This document shows, in pieces, positions 9,894 through 20,069 of a stretch of DNA of 23,591 bases (position 1 is its first letter; each line of letters opens with the position of its first letter). The DNA comes from Candidatus Hodarchaeum mangrovi (GTDB lineage Archaea; Asgardarchaeota; Heimdallarchaeia; Hodarchaeales; Hodarchaeaceae), in NCBI GenBank assembly GCA_016839515.1, contig JAEOUE010000266.1:1-23591 (forward strand), given 5' to 3'. The position numbers were made by a program, and so were the translations under genes. Below the pieces are notes generated by a model that did not search any database, was not told where the DNA came from, and saw only the letters and a program-made list of their open reading frames with translations.

Positions 9894-11783
9894 TTGATTG
9901 AAACAATGTTTATAACTAAAATAATTGGGATTAAAGAAGATATTTTTGAACTAATTAACATACTTAAAACATTAAAGGTTTTTCACGTAATTGAATCAAC
10001 CCCCCTTGGGAGAGAAGAAACATATGAAGATCAAAATCTTCGTACATTAAAAATGACTCTTGAAAATTTAGAAACACGAGTTTCAGCAATTCTTTCTTTT
10101 ATAAACATGGATTCATTTTCAGAAGCACAAGAAATAAGAGTGAAAAGAACAACAGAGGAGATAATAAGAGATTTACAGACTCTTCTCTCTTCTATTGAAC
10201 CTGAAATTAAGGATATTGAAACGGAAAAAGCTGATTTGAATTTAAAAATTGAGCATCTTAATAGATACAAACCAATCCTCACACACTCTCAACAGTTAAT
10301 TCAAGAAATCGATAAAAATCCCAATCTAGATTCAAATATAATAATGTTTAATAGAAAATCTGATCTTCGATTAGACGAATTTGAGAAAGAAATTGCTAAA
10401 AAAGCAAAAGGTTTGTATGAAGTAATATCAAGACGGGTGGATGAAAATTATTTTGCAGTTCTATTACTTTACAATAAAGATTTTAGAAATGAAATTCAGA
10501 AATATCTATCCAGCGAGAAATTAAGCACTTTTACTCTCTCACCAGAGCTGGGAAAGATAAAACTAAAAGATTTTAGTTCTCATATTGAATCATTGATATC
10601 CAAATATGAAACAATCTTGGAATCATTAGAGAAAAAAAAGGAAATAATAATTCAGACTCCAGAATTTAATGAATTTATCAGTATTCATAAGGAAGCAGTT
10701 GAAAGAATCTCAGCTTTTCAATTGGTTGAAAAGATGGGTAGAACTGAAAATACATTTGAAATAGAAGGATATGTACCTAAATCGAAATATAAAGTTCTCG
10801 AATCAGAGTTAAAGAAAATTTTTGATAAAAGAATTCTAATTAAAAGAAGAAAAGCAGAAAAAAATGCTCCAGTTTTAAGGAAGAATCCTCGAATTGTAAA
10901 ACCATTTGAAACTATAACAAACTTAATTCAATTACCAAAATATGGATCGATTGATCCAACACCTTTTGTATTCATATTCTTTACATTCTTTTGGGGATTT
11001 ATGGTAGGAGACATTGGTTATGCCGCAATAATATTTGTTATTGCAACTATTCTTCGTAGAAGGTTTAAAAAAAATCAACAGCAAGGTTTACAGAATATTA
11101 GTGAAATATTTATGATAAGTTGCATGTCTGCAATGTTTTTTGGATTAGTATACTTTGAGATATTTGGAGATTTGGGAGAAATACTGGCTCATGACCTACA
11201 CCTCAACATTCACCCATTATTAAACAGATATCAAGATACTCAAGATTTGCTAATCCTTTCAATATTTATTGGTTTAATTATTATAATAGGTGGACTATTC
11301 CTTGGAGCCTACAATAATTTTAAGCTGAAACATATGTCACATGTGTATAGTAACCTTCTATTGATTCTCATATGGGGATCTATACCATTACTTTTGTTAA
11401 TTTTAATTATATCAAATGATTTATTTGCTATAGCTGTCATTATCGATTTACTCATCATAATCGTCTCAATTATTATATTGATCAAACTAGATGGTATTGC
11501 TGGACTTATTCATGTAATTGAAAAATTTTCGAACATCCTTTCATTTGCTCGTTTAATGGCGATTGGACTAGTTGGGGCTTGGATGGGGAAAGTAGCTAAT
11601 GAACTCACTACTCAGTTATTTCCCCTTGGATTATTTTTAGGGTTGGGACTTCATATGATCAATCTCGTAATTTTAATTCTTTCGCCCTCCATACATTCAA
11701 TGAGGTTAAATGTTTTCGAATTTTTCACTCAGTTTGTTTTGGAAGGTGGAGATACTTACAGACCTTATGGAACAAATCAATAA
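9894..11783 (+). CDS. atpI: A/V-type ATPase subunit I (a)
   Basis: EGYVP, PFE...LPKYGSIDPTP, FMVGDIGY, NILSFARL (essential Arg) and IHSMRLNVFEFF. Likely start is TTG 9894 (MIETM..., downstream of GAGGATGG); GTG 9876 and ATG 9882 are alternatives. Confidence 0.95.
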   Translation: MIETMFITKIIGIKEDIFELINILKTLKVFHVIESTPLGREETYEDQNLRTLKMTLENLETRVSAILSFINMDSFSEAQEIRVKRTTEEIIRDLQTLLSSIEPEIKDIETEKADLNLKIEHLNRYKPILTHSQQLIQEIDKNPNLDSNIIMFNRKSDLRLDEFEKEIAKKAKGLYEVISRRVDENYFAVLLLYNKDFRNEIQKYLSSEKLSTFTLSPELGKIKLKDFSSHIESLISKYETILESLEKKKEIIIQTPEFNEFISIHKEAVERISAFQLVEKMGRTENTFEIEGYVPKSKYKVLESELKKIFDKRILIKRRKAEKNAPVLRKNPRIVKPFETITNLIQLPKYGSIDPTPFVFIFFTFFWGFMVGDIGYAAIIFVIATILRRRFKKNQQQGLQNISEIFMISCMSAMFFGLVYFEIFGDLGEILAHDLHLNIHPLLNRYQDTQDLLILSIFIGLIIIIGGLFLGAYNNFKLKHMSHVYSNLLLILIWGSIPLLLLILIISNDLFAIAVIIDLLIIIVSIIILIKLDGIAGLIHVIEKFSNILSFARLMAIGLVGAWMGKVANELTTQLFPLGLFLGLGLHMINLVILILSPSIHSMRLNVFEFFTQFVLEGGDTYRPYGTNQ

Positions 11784-11833
11784 TTGAAACACCAAAATAA
11801 CAGAAAGAAAACTCAAACAAAGGAGAAAAAAAA

Positions 11834-12091
11834 ATGATCTTAGAAATACTACAAGCTACAGTTACAGATAACGTTATAGTGGCGAGAGCTATTGGTGCAG
11901 CCATAGCTTTAGGCTTAGGTGCAATTGGTACTGGACTAGCGCAGGCCTTTATTGGCAGTGGTGCTACAGGAATGTTAGCTGAAAGGCCCGATCAGATGGG
12001 CTCCGCAATCATATTAATAGCGATCCCTGAAACTATACTTGTTCTTAGCTTTGTTATCTCTATCATGATTCTACTTGGAATCGGTGCCTGA
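11834..12091 (+). CDS. atpK: A/V-type ATPase proteolipid subunit K (c), single hairpin
   Basis: GLGAIGTGLAQ...AERP...IPET with the ion-binding Glu; AAGGAG SD and ATG start. Confidence 0.95.
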   Translation: MILEILQATVTDNVIVARAIGAAIALGLGAIGTGLAQAFIGSGATGMLAERPDQMGSAIILIAIPETILVLSFVISIMILLGIGA

Positions 12092-12095
12092 ATTT

Positions 12096-12734
12096 ATGAA
12101 CCAAGAAATAGATGAATTTTTGGAAGCTTTGAAAGAGAAATCAAATTCTAAAATGCTTGAAATTGAAAGTACGGTTGATCCAAGTATTTTAGAAATTCAA
12201 AACCAAACCTTACTAAAAATTAACCAAATAGAAGCAGAATTTGATTCTTTTAAAAACTCTCCAGTCTTGATGGATTCATTCCAAAGGACAATCTCTAAAA
12301 AACAAGAAGATTGGTTAAGACGTTCCAATAATGAGAAAGGACGCTTAATGGATCAGATAATCCTGAAATTAAAAGATAAATTCAAAACACTTGCAATAGG
12401 AACAGAATCTTATAATTTATTGAATAAAATGTTTCAAGAAATAAAACAGGACTCTGGAAACACATATGAGGTACATATAACACAGAATTGTGATCCTGAT
12501 AAATTCAAAACCATTTCAGGGACAAACCAACATGTTATTGCAGATCTAGACCGCGTGGGTGTTCTTGTTAAACGGCTAGATTCACCAATAACTATTGAAA
12601 ATACCTTAGAATCTCGATTCATTAAGAAAAAAGAAGATTTAATTATCAAAGCTTCTCAAGATTTATGGAATGATTTAGATGAGTCTCCATGGCAATTTCA
12701 GAAAGTTATGGGACAATTACGGACTAAAAAATAA
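12096..12734 (+). CDS. atpE: A/V-type ATPase subunit E
   Basis: Position between K and C; N-terminal coiled coil; C-terminal GVLV...ITIENTLESRF. ATG 12096 preferred (GGTG upstream). Confidence 0.8.
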   Translation: MNQEIDEFLEALKEKSNSKMLEIESTVDPSILEIQNQTLLKINQIEAEFDSFKNSPVLMDSFQRTISKKQEDWLRRSNNEKGRLMDQIILKLKDKFKTLAIGTESYNLLNKMFQEIKQDSGNTYEVHITQNCDPDKFKTISGTNQHVIADLDRVGVLVKRLDSPITIENTLESRFIKKKEDLIIKASQDLWNDLDESPWQFQKVMGQLRTKK

Positions 12735-12766
12735 TTCAAAAAATGAGATAACTAGGAGGCGCTCTA

Positions 12767-13837
12767 TTGTCTGCTACAACAACCCAAGGATATATTGCTG
12801 CGCGATTCTACGGAATGAGAAGTCGATTACTTACAAAGGATGATTATTTAAGATTATTGACTTCCTACGATTTATCTTCTTTTATAGCAGATCTCAGAAA
12901 TTTTCCCATTTATAAAACAATTTTGGAAAATCGGTTACTCCTTGAAGACCCTCTTACAGCTGTTGATAGTACCATTAATATCGTGCTTTCAGAACGCATG
13001 AAAAAGGTAATACATTTATCTGGAGGGGTTTATCAGAAAGCGTTTAAATTATTAAGTTTCAAATGGGAATTGGCAAATATTCAACTGGCTATCCGAAGTA
13101 TCCTTAGAACTGCGGATTTTCAGCCATACTTTATTCCCATTGGTGATCTAAATCAAAGTGAACTTTTACATCTTGCTAAGTGCTCCGACTTAAATGAAGC
13201 TTTAAATTATTTAGAATCAATATTGAATCCATTAGCTCAGGTTGTCAGACAGCTAATTGAAGCAAATGTTTTACCTACTGATCTTGATACTGTAGATGGT
13301 ATTTTTAATCAATTTTATTATAATCAAATAAAAAAGGGAATTAAAAATATTAAAAATCGGAAAATAGCGAATATAATGAAAAAAACATTGAATGAAGAGA
13401 GAGAATTTGAAAATACAAAAACAATAATAAATTTTATTGGAAGAATATCTAGAGGCACAGCTCTTGATAAATTAGATTTTTCTTTACTTATTTTCCCTGG
13501 AAAAGCACGAATTCTTCCTGAAGAAATTGAATTAGCAGTCAGAAAACGAGACATAAAAACATTACAAACCATTCTGCTAAGAACTTCATATAGAGATGTT
13601 ATTCAAAAGATGATTCAGGAAGCAGGAATGGTAGGAACTCTTCAAATATTTGTGGAGGAAATTGAGAAAATATTTTTGGCCTCACAAACTCGAAAAAGGT
13701 TTAAAAGACATGCTTTCAATTTAGGATTAGGCTATATATGGCAAATGACAGTAGAAGCTCGTAACTTGAGAATCCTCACTCATGGTCTCGAGAATTTTAC
13801 TCAAAATGAAATCGAGAAGAGGTTGTTCCTTGAATAA
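12767..13837 (+). CDS. atpC: A/V-type ATPase subunit C (d)
   Basis: YIAARFYGMRSRLL, KWELANI, IPIG and EARNLRIL motifs; AGGAGG SD and TTG start. Confidence 0.92.
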   Translation: MSATTTQGYIAARFYGMRSRLLTKDDYLRLLTSYDLSSFIADLRNFPIYKTILENRLLLEDPLTAVDSTINIVLSERMKKVIHLSGGVYQKAFKLLSFKWELANIQLAIRSILRTADFQPYFIPIGDLNQSELLHLAKCSDLNEALNYLESILNPLAQVVRQLIEANVLPTDLDTVDGIFNQFYYNQIKKGIKNIKNRKIANIMKKTLNEEREFENTKTIINFIGRISRGTALDKLDFSLLIFPGKARILPEEIELAVRKRDIKTLQTILLRTSYRDVIQKMIQEAGMVGTLQIFVEEIEKIFLASQTRKRFKRHAFNLGLGYIWQMTVEARNLRILTHGLENFTQNEIEKRLFLE

Positions 13838-14159
13838 TTCAATTCTGATAATAACACATCCAATTTTAGGTATTGGATATCGTCTTGCAGGTGCAAACGT
13901 TTTTGAGGCTGATAATGGAATAGATGCTTTTAACATTCTTCAAACAGCTTTAAAGGACGAGAATATTGGGATTGTTGGAATAGATGAAGATTTATATAAA
14001 TCTTTAAATCCAAGATTCCTAGAAGCAATAAAAAAACGTCAGAAACCACTTATACTATCTATGCAGTCAGTTAAAGAAGGTGGTACTAGTGCTGAGGAAC
14101 ACATTAGAGAAATAACTTTACGTACGGCAGGAATTATAGTTAAAGTCGAAAAAGAATAA
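13830..14159 (+). CDS. atpF: A/V-type ATPase subunit F
   Basis: GYRLAGA, IGIVGIDE and IREITLRTAGI motifs. Probable TTG start at 13830 overlaps the C stop, with AGAGG upstream. Confidence 0.9.
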   Translation: MNNSILIITHPILGIGYRLAGANVFEADNGIDAFNILQTALKDENIGIVGIDEDLYKSLNPRFLEAIKKRQKPLILSMQSVKEGGTSAEEHIREITLRTAGIIVKVEKE

Positions 14160-14206
14160 GGTAAATTGATTGAAACAAAAAAGATAATTTATGGATGGTC
14201 TAAAAA

Positions 14207-15943
14207 TTGCCGGGAATAATTAAAAGGATAGCAGGGCCAGTTGTATTTGTTTACGGATTAGAAAATCCGAAAAAAAATTATTTAGTTGAGATTGGTGAGG
14301 AAAAATTACTTGGTGAGATTATTCAATTACGTGGAGAAACATCTGTTATTCAAGTTTACGAAGAAACATCAGGATTAGGAATAAAAGAGCCAGTTTATAA
14401 CCTTAACCGACCTTTAACAGTTAGATTAGGACCAGGAATTATGTCTACTGTTTATGATGGAATTCAACGGCCATTAAATCTGCTAGAAGGATCGTTTATT
14501 GGGAGGGGGGAAAAAACTAGCCCATTAGATGTTAATAGAAAGTGGCATTTTATACCTGAACTGAATGTTAAGACTGGTTCAATACTCAAAGGAGGGGAAA
14601 TACTTGGTAGAATTCAGGAAACAGAATCAGTTGAAAATCGAGTTATGGTACCGCCTAATGTTCATGGAGTATTAAAAGAAATAGCCCCTGAAGGTAAATA
14701 TGTAGTTACAGACACACTGGTGCATATTGAAACTCAATCTAAAGATCAAGAATTAAAATTCTATCATGATTGGCCAGTAAGACAACCCAGACCATTTAAA
14801 TCAAGAATTTTAAGTTATAAACCTTTTTTAACAGGGCAACGTATACTTGATTTCCTTTATCCGATGGTTGAAGGTGGTTCTGCTATGATACCAGGCGGAT
14901 TTGGAACTGGAAAGACTGTTCTTAATAGAACTCTAGCAAAGTTTGCCTCAACTGAAATTATGCAAATGACTTTATGTGGAGAACGGGGAAATGAAGCCGC
15001 AGATGCTTTACAAAGCTTTTTAAAATTAACTGATCCGAAAACAGGAAGATTAATGATTGATCGAACCTCAATAATTGCTAATACTTCCAATATGCCTGTT
15101 GCAGCAAGAGAAGCAAGCATCTATATGGGAATAACTATTGCTGAATATTATCGTGATCAAGGTTATAGTGTTTCAGTTTTAGCTGATTCAACTTCACGAT
15201 GGGCAGAAGCGCTTCGTGAAATTTCTGGTAGATTAGGTGAAATTCCAGGTGAGGAAGGATTTCCAAGTTATCTCCCTAAATTAATTGGTCAATTTTATGA
15301 AAGATCTGGAAGATGTGTAAATCTTAGTGGACTAGAAGGAAGTATTACTACTATTGGAGCTGTTTCACCCCAAGGAGGAGATTTTTCTGAACCTGTAACA
15401 CAATATACAATGCGTTTTACAACTAGCTTATGGGCACTTGACACTGATCTTGCAAGGAGCAGACATTTCCCCGCTATATCATGGAGGATATCTTATAGCC
15501 AAAATGTCAAACAGATTGCTGAGTATCTAAAAAAAGAAGTTGCCCCAGATTGGAATGAATATAGGACTGAAATTGCTACAATATTGCAGGAGGAAGAAGA
15601 ATTGGAGCGTATTGTAAGATTAGTGGGCAAAGATACCCTTTCGGAAAAACAAAAAGGATTATTATTGACCGCTGAATTAATAAGAGAAGGATTTCTCCAG
15701 CAAAATGCTTTATCAGAGGAAGATGCGTTTAGCTCCGCTGAAAAATCATATTTAATGGCTAAAGCAATTCTTGAAGCTCATCATCTCATTGAAGAACGTG
15801 TAGAATCTGAAACTTTATTAGTAGATCCACTTTATGAAGAAAAGCTAATCGAGGATATTAAACGTTTGAAAGAGCTAAATATCGATGGAATCAGAGAATT
15901 TACGAAAGAAATTCCTTCAAGAGTTGAGGAAATAGGTTACTAA
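14207..15943 (+). CDS. atpA: A/V-type ATPase catalytic subunit A
   Basis: [16 protein letters not shown], Walker [47 protein letters not shown] and RHFPAI. No intein; TTG start. Confidence 0.98.
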   Translation: MPGIIKRIAGPVVFVYGLENPKKNYLVEIGEEKLLGEIIQLRGETSVIQVYEETSGLGIKEPVYNLNRPLTVRLGPGIMSTVYDGIQRPLNLLEGSFIGRGEKTSPLDVNRKWHFIPELNVKTGSILKGGEILGRIQETESVENRVMVPPNVHGVLKEIAPEGKYVVTDTLVHIETQSKDQELKFYHDWPVRQPRPFKSRILSYKPFLTGQRILDFLYPMVEGGSAMIPGGFGTGKTVLNRTLAKFASTEIMQMTLCGERGNEAADALQSFLKLTDPKTGRLMIDRTSIIANTSNMPVAAREASIYMGITIAEYYRDQGYSVSVLADSTSRWAEALREISGRLGEIPGEEGFPSYLPKLIGQFYERSGRCVNLSGLEGSITTIGAVSPQGGDFSEPVTQYTMRFTTSLWALDTDLARSRHFPAISWRISYSQNVKQIAEYLKKEVAPDWNEYRTEIATILQEEEELERIVRLVGKDTLSEKQKGLLLTAELIREGFLQQNALSEEDAFSSAEKSYLMAKAILEAHHLIEERVESETLLVDPLYEEKLIEDIKRLKELNIDGIREFTKEIPSRVEEIGY

Positions 15944-15956
15944 CGGAGGAATAATT

Positions 15957-17348
15957 TTGAAAGTAAGAACATTACCCACTTTTCGCTATAAAACAATTGA
16001 ATCCATCCAAGGTACTCTTATTTTTTTAAAATCAATAAAAAATGTTTCTTATGAAGAAATTGTTAGAATTTATATGCCTGATGGAGAAATACGAACAGGA
16101 CAAGTTCTTCAAGCGGATGAAAATGCTACAATTGTTCAAGTTTTTGAAGGAACTTATTCTATGGAAAGAACTCAGACAGAAGTGGAATTCACAAAAGATG
16201 TTTTTAGAGTTGGTTTGTCTGAACAGATGATTGGTCGGACAATGAATGGACTTGGGCAACCCATAGATGATCTTGGGCCTCTGTTTGTTGAAAAGAGATT
16301 TCCAATTACTGGGGCTCCGATGAATCCAGTTAGAAGGAGTAGTCCAGAGGATTTTATTGAGACAGGTATTTCTGCAATAGATGGACTAAATGCATTAGTT
16401 CAAGGCCAAAAACTTCCAATCTTTACTCTTAGTGGAATGCCTACATCAGAGGTTGCAGCAAATATTGCAGTTAATTCACGAGTGCTTGCAGAGGAGCAAG
16501 AACTTGATGTAATTTTTGTAGCTATGGGAATTACAGAACGTGAAGGAAGATTTTTTCGATTAAAATTCCAAGAAGCTTCAGGAGCACATATAGCTTTCTT
16601 TTCCAATTATACTATGGATAGTATTGTTGAAAGAATACTTACACCAAGAGTTGCATTAACATTTGCAGAATATTTAGCATATGAAAAAGATAGAAATGTT
16701 TTAATTCTTCTACATGACATGCTTAATTATAGTGAAGCACTCCGAGAAATTTCTTCAGCTAGAGAAGAGTTTCCAGGACGAAGAGGTTATCCTGGCTATC
16801 TCTACACAGATCTAGCAACAATTTATGAGCGAGCAGGAAAAGTGGAAGGAAAACCAGGGAGTGTTACGATGATACCCGTAGTTACACTACCAAATGATGA
16901 TATAACTCATCCTGTACCTGATTTGACAGGATATATTACTGAAGGGCAACTACTCATGAGTCGTCCTCACTTTAATCGAGGAATAAATCCTCCAATGAAT
17001 CCCATTCCTTCACTATCAAGACTGATGAATGAAGGTATAGGGGTAGGAAAAACACGAGAAGATCATGCTAATCTTGCAAATCAACTGTTTGCTAGTTACG
17101 CAAGAGGCATGAAATTAAGACAATTAGCCTCCATCGCAGGAGAGGATTCTTTAAGCGATCGGGATCGTTTATATCTACGATTTGCTGACACATTTGAGCA
17201 AAAATTTATAAACCAAGGTGATAAAAGGAGAACGATAGAGGAAACCCTTTCTATAGGATGGGAAGTATTAAAAATTATCCCCAAAACTGATTTAAATCGA
17301 ATTTCTAAAGAATTTATTGATAAATATTACCCTGGAGAGCCCTATTAA
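15957..17348 (+). CDS. atpB: A/V-type ATPase subunit B
   Basis: [61 protein letters not shown] and PSLSRLM. GGAGGA SD and TTG start. Confidence 0.98.
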   Translation: MKVRTLPTFRYKTIESIQGTLIFLKSIKNVSYEEIVRIYMPDGEIRTGQVLQADENATIVQVFEGTYSMERTQTEVEFTKDVFRVGLSEQMIGRTMNGLGQPIDDLGPLFVEKRFPITGAPMNPVRRSSPEDFIETGISAIDGLNALVQGQKLPIFTLSGMPTSEVAANIAVNSRVLAEEQELDVIFVAMGITEREGRFFRLKFQEASGAHIAFFSNYTMDSIVERILTPRVALTFAEYLAYEKDRNVLILLHDMLNYSEALREISSAREEFPGRRGYPGYLYTDLATIYERAGKVEGKPGSVTMIPVVTLPNDDITHPVPDLTGYITEGQLLMSRPHFNRGINPPMNPIPSLSRLMNEGIGVGKTREDHANLANQLFASYARGMKLRQLASIAGEDSLSDRDRLYLRFADTFEQKFINQGDKRRTIEETLSIGWEVLKIIPKTDLNRISKEFIDKYYPGEPY

Positions 17349-17349
17349 A

Positions 17350-17961
17350 GTGTCATCTCAACAATTGAAGAAAACAAGAATAGAGCTCCAAGACAGAAAA
17401 GCTCAATTAAGCATTGCTGATACAGGGAAAGAACTTCTAGAAGATAGAATTGGTGCACTTCTTGAAGCTTATTCCAAACAGGTCGTACAGCTTTATCACA
17501 CACGGCAAAAGCTTTCTCTTTTGGGTATGGAAGCAAGAAGATCTCTAGCACTCACAAAAGCGATGGATCGAAAGAATCTTGCTTTAGCTGCAATGGCTGC
17601 TACAAACACTCTAAGAATAAATGTTCAATCAGAAAATGTAATGGGAATAATTGTCCCTTCACTTGAACTTTTGGATGATGATCGAGAAAAATCTGTTTTC
17701 GTTACTTCAGAGCTAGTTGATAAAACAATTGACCTATTTCGACAGCAATTAGAAGTTTTGATTGATCTTGCCTCCCAAGAAATGGCAGTAACAGAATTAG
17801 GTAGAGAAATTCGTAAAACAAGACATCGATTCAATGCTTTAGAAAAAATATTGATTCCTGAACTAAATGAGGAAATAGAACAAATTTTATTATCCCTAGA
17901 AGAGAAGGAAAGAGATGAGCTATCAAAGCTAAGAATCTTTATGTCAAGTAGACAGAAATAA
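17350..17961 (+). CDS. atpD: A/V-type ATPase subunit D
   Basis: TRIEL...GKELLEDR, NVMGIIVP, EIRKTRHRFNALEKILIP and LEEKERDE motifs. Probable GTG start at 17350, just after the B stop. Confidence 0.93.
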   Translation: MSSQQLKKTRIELQDRKAQLSIADTGKELLEDRIGALLEAYSKQVVQLYHTRQKLSLLGMEARRSLALTKAMDRKNLALAAMAATNTLRINVQSENVMGIIVPSLELLDDDREKSVFVTSELVDKTIDLFRQQLEVLIDLASQEMAVTELGREIRKTRHRFNALEKILIPELNEEIEQILLSLEEKERDELSKLRIFMSSRQK

Positions 17962-18031
17962 AAAATTAAAAAAAAGAAGAATTGGTATTCATACCTACAA
18001 CGATTTTTACAATTTTAATTTTTTAATTTTT
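17961..18031. terminator. Bidirectional oligo(T) terminator region between convergent genes
   Basis: AAAAATTAAAAAA (17961-17973) and its reverse complement TTTTTTAATTTTT (18019-18031) provide T-tracts on both strands. Confidence 0.5.
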
Positions 18032-18064
18032 ACTCTGAGATTATAAATGAGTTATTTTGGGTTA

Positions 18065-19951
18065 TTAAGGCTCATTTATGGTTTCTTTTTGAACATCGTT
18101 TACTGATTTTTGGAAATCGACCAAATTACTATCTGGAAGCTCTGTATTTTCATCATCTATTTTTTCTATTAACTTTGAATGATCATTTTCTGGAATATAT
18201 TCCGTTATCATTGGTTTCTTTTTTCTTGATTTAAGAAACTTATTAATTACATACGCTAGACCGTAAAAAAATCCCAAATAGAATGTTAGTGCTTCAATAT
18301 ATTCAAAAATACCCACAGCGTGTGTTAATGCTCTCTCCAAAAATAAAACACTTTTTAGAGGGGCATCTGGAATAGCTAAATCATAAATATCACCTAATAT
18401 ATTTGTTATGATCAACACAAATGAGGTAGAGATTAATAAAAAGAAAAGAGATAATCTTTCTTTAACACGTGGTGTAACAAGAGTAACACTCAGGAATTTA
18501 TATGCCCCAGAAAATACAAAGTATATCGGGAGGAGGAGGAATGGTATGATCTTTAAAATAGGAATAAGGTCCTCAAACCATTGAGAGAAGGGAATTATTA
18601 AGGAATAGTAAATAACATAGAAAAAAGTAGGTACGTTTATTTCAGGTAATGAAAAATTAAATTCAACTAATAGCATTTCCCATATCTCTAAAAAACTATC
18701 CCAGATCAAACTAATCCAGATTCCTAGTAAAATTAGATATTTTGATAGTACAGCTATTTTGGGAGGTGATCGTGATACTATCTGCCCAGTTCGAGCAACT
18801 TCTACCCCTCTATAAATAGCGGAAAATATTGCTACTATAACAAATCCTTCAGCGAAACCAACGATGGCTGTGGCTATAATTGTAACAAAAATAAAGTCTA
18901 ATTCAACAATTGAAAGAATATCTTGAGCCCTAAATTGTAGAAATGAAATAAAATTATTAATTATTTCAGTTAGGTTGATTTGTATTGTTCCACCTTGGAA
19001 TCCAGAAAAAATATCCCAAAAGGTCCAAGCTAATACTGGTAAGACATAAAGTATTAGGATTAAAGGAATAATTAATAATAAATTAACAGAGGTGATAAAA
19101 GCAGAAAATTTGAAACCCCTCCATATTATTATAAAAATTGTTTTCAGAATTTGAAATATCCACCATAACAACCCAATTACAAGTAATAAAGTAATTAGTG
19201 AGTTGATTAAACCTGTTGTAGAGGGGAGAATCCCTAATTCAAATATCGTAATAAAGGGGATAGATAACCAAAGAAGAAGTTTGTATAATCTCCTATTTTC
19301 TTCTGATTCAGAGACAGGGACAGTTTCATCTTTGCGATATCGTTTAATTAATCTTTTTCGACCAAAACTCGTTAATATTGAAAGAAATATGAGAACAGAG
19401 AATCCAACAATTATAAGGAAAAAGAAATTAAAGTAAAGATTACGTGCAGTTTGATAAAACTCTCTACGATCCCCTAATTTGTCTGTTAATCCAGTTATTT
19501 GTATATCAAAACTTATTATAATCCATTCCATTAATAAAACTGGTAATAATTCAAGATAGGCGTTTCCTAAAAAAACATCAAGAAGTAAATACATTGCAGA
19601 GCAAAACGAAAGAGCAAGGGTTGAAAATAGAAAGAACCTTAAATCAAAACGAGTTTTATCAGTTTTTTCGTCCCTAAGTCCAAATTCTTTCCCCATATCA
19701 AACAAAACAATTTTACTAAAACCTATCAATACAAGGATGAAACATATACTGGACAAAAATACAGCAAATAAATAATTGGGATCTTGACGACTGATATCCT
19801 GTAACTCTCCCATTTGCTGACTAACAAACATAACACCGATTATTAAACAAGCAATAATGATAAAACCTAATAATTTAACGCTTTGTTTCCGGAAATACTC
19901 TTTCCACGGGATTCGGATTGCGATCTTAGAAGAACTCGTTGAATTTTCCAT
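18065..19951 (-). CDS. Uncharacterised polytopic membrane protein (about 12-14 hydrophobic segments by eye)
   Basis: 628-aa ORF with alternating hydrophobic stretches and charged loops, ending in an acidic tail. No family recognised. Confidence 0.85.
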   Translation of the reverse strand: MENSTSSSKIAIRIPWKEYFRKQSVKLLGFIIIACLIIGVMFVSQQMGELQDISRQDPNYLFAVFLSSICFILVLIGFSKIVLFDMGKEFGLRDEKTDKTRFDLRFFLFSTLALSFCSAMYLLLDVFLGNAYLELLPVLLMEWIIISFDIQITGLTDKLGDRREFYQTARNLYFNFFFLIIVGFSVLIFLSILTSFGRKRLIKRYRKDETVPVSESEENRRLYKLLLWLSIPFITIFELGILPSTTGLINSLITLLLVIGLLWWIFQILKTIFIIIWRGFKFSAFITSVNLLLIIPLILILYVLPVLAWTFWDIFSGFQGGTIQINLTEIINNFISFLQFRAQDILSIVELDFIFVTIIATAIVGFAEGFVIVAIFSAIYRGVEVARTGQIVSRSPPKIAVLSKYLILLGIWISLIWDSFLEIWEMLLVEFNFSLPEINVPTFFYVIYYSLIIPFSQWFEDLIPILKIIPFLLLPIYFVFSGAYKFLSVTLVTPRVKERLSLFFLLISTSFVLIITNILGDIYDLAIPDAPLKSVLFLERALTHAVGIFEYIEALTFYLGFFYGLAYVINKFLKSRKKKPMITEYIPENDHSKLIEKIDDENTELPDSNLVDFQKSVNDVQKETINEP

Positions 19952-20069
19952 TAAGAACTCTCCAATTTATTTAAGTATAATACATGCTCGTTATTTGATA
20001 TTGTTTAAAAAACACGATATTCTCCTCAAATATAAATGTTCAACAAACTCCATGGTATATGTGATAGCT
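19952..20069. promoter_or_regulatory. Putative divergent promoter region
   Basis: 118-nt gap between divergent starts, with TATA-like TTTATTTAAGTATAA (~19966-19980) and AAATATAAAT (~20028-20037). Confidence 0.4.

Noticed and set aside
13782-13829. Longer starts called for subunits F (13782), E (12075) and D (17317)
   Set aside because: They overlap upstream genes more than needed; downstream starts with SD-like motifs fit the expected subunit N-termini better.
14207-15943. Intein in ATPase subunit A
   Set aside because: The length is 578 aa and the sequence is continuous through GKT and CGERGNE, with no insertion.
19857-20069. 71-aa N-terminal extension of the GTPase in the ORF track
   Set aside because: It overlaps the start of the opposite-strand membrane protein gene, and the G-domain begins just after ATG 20070.
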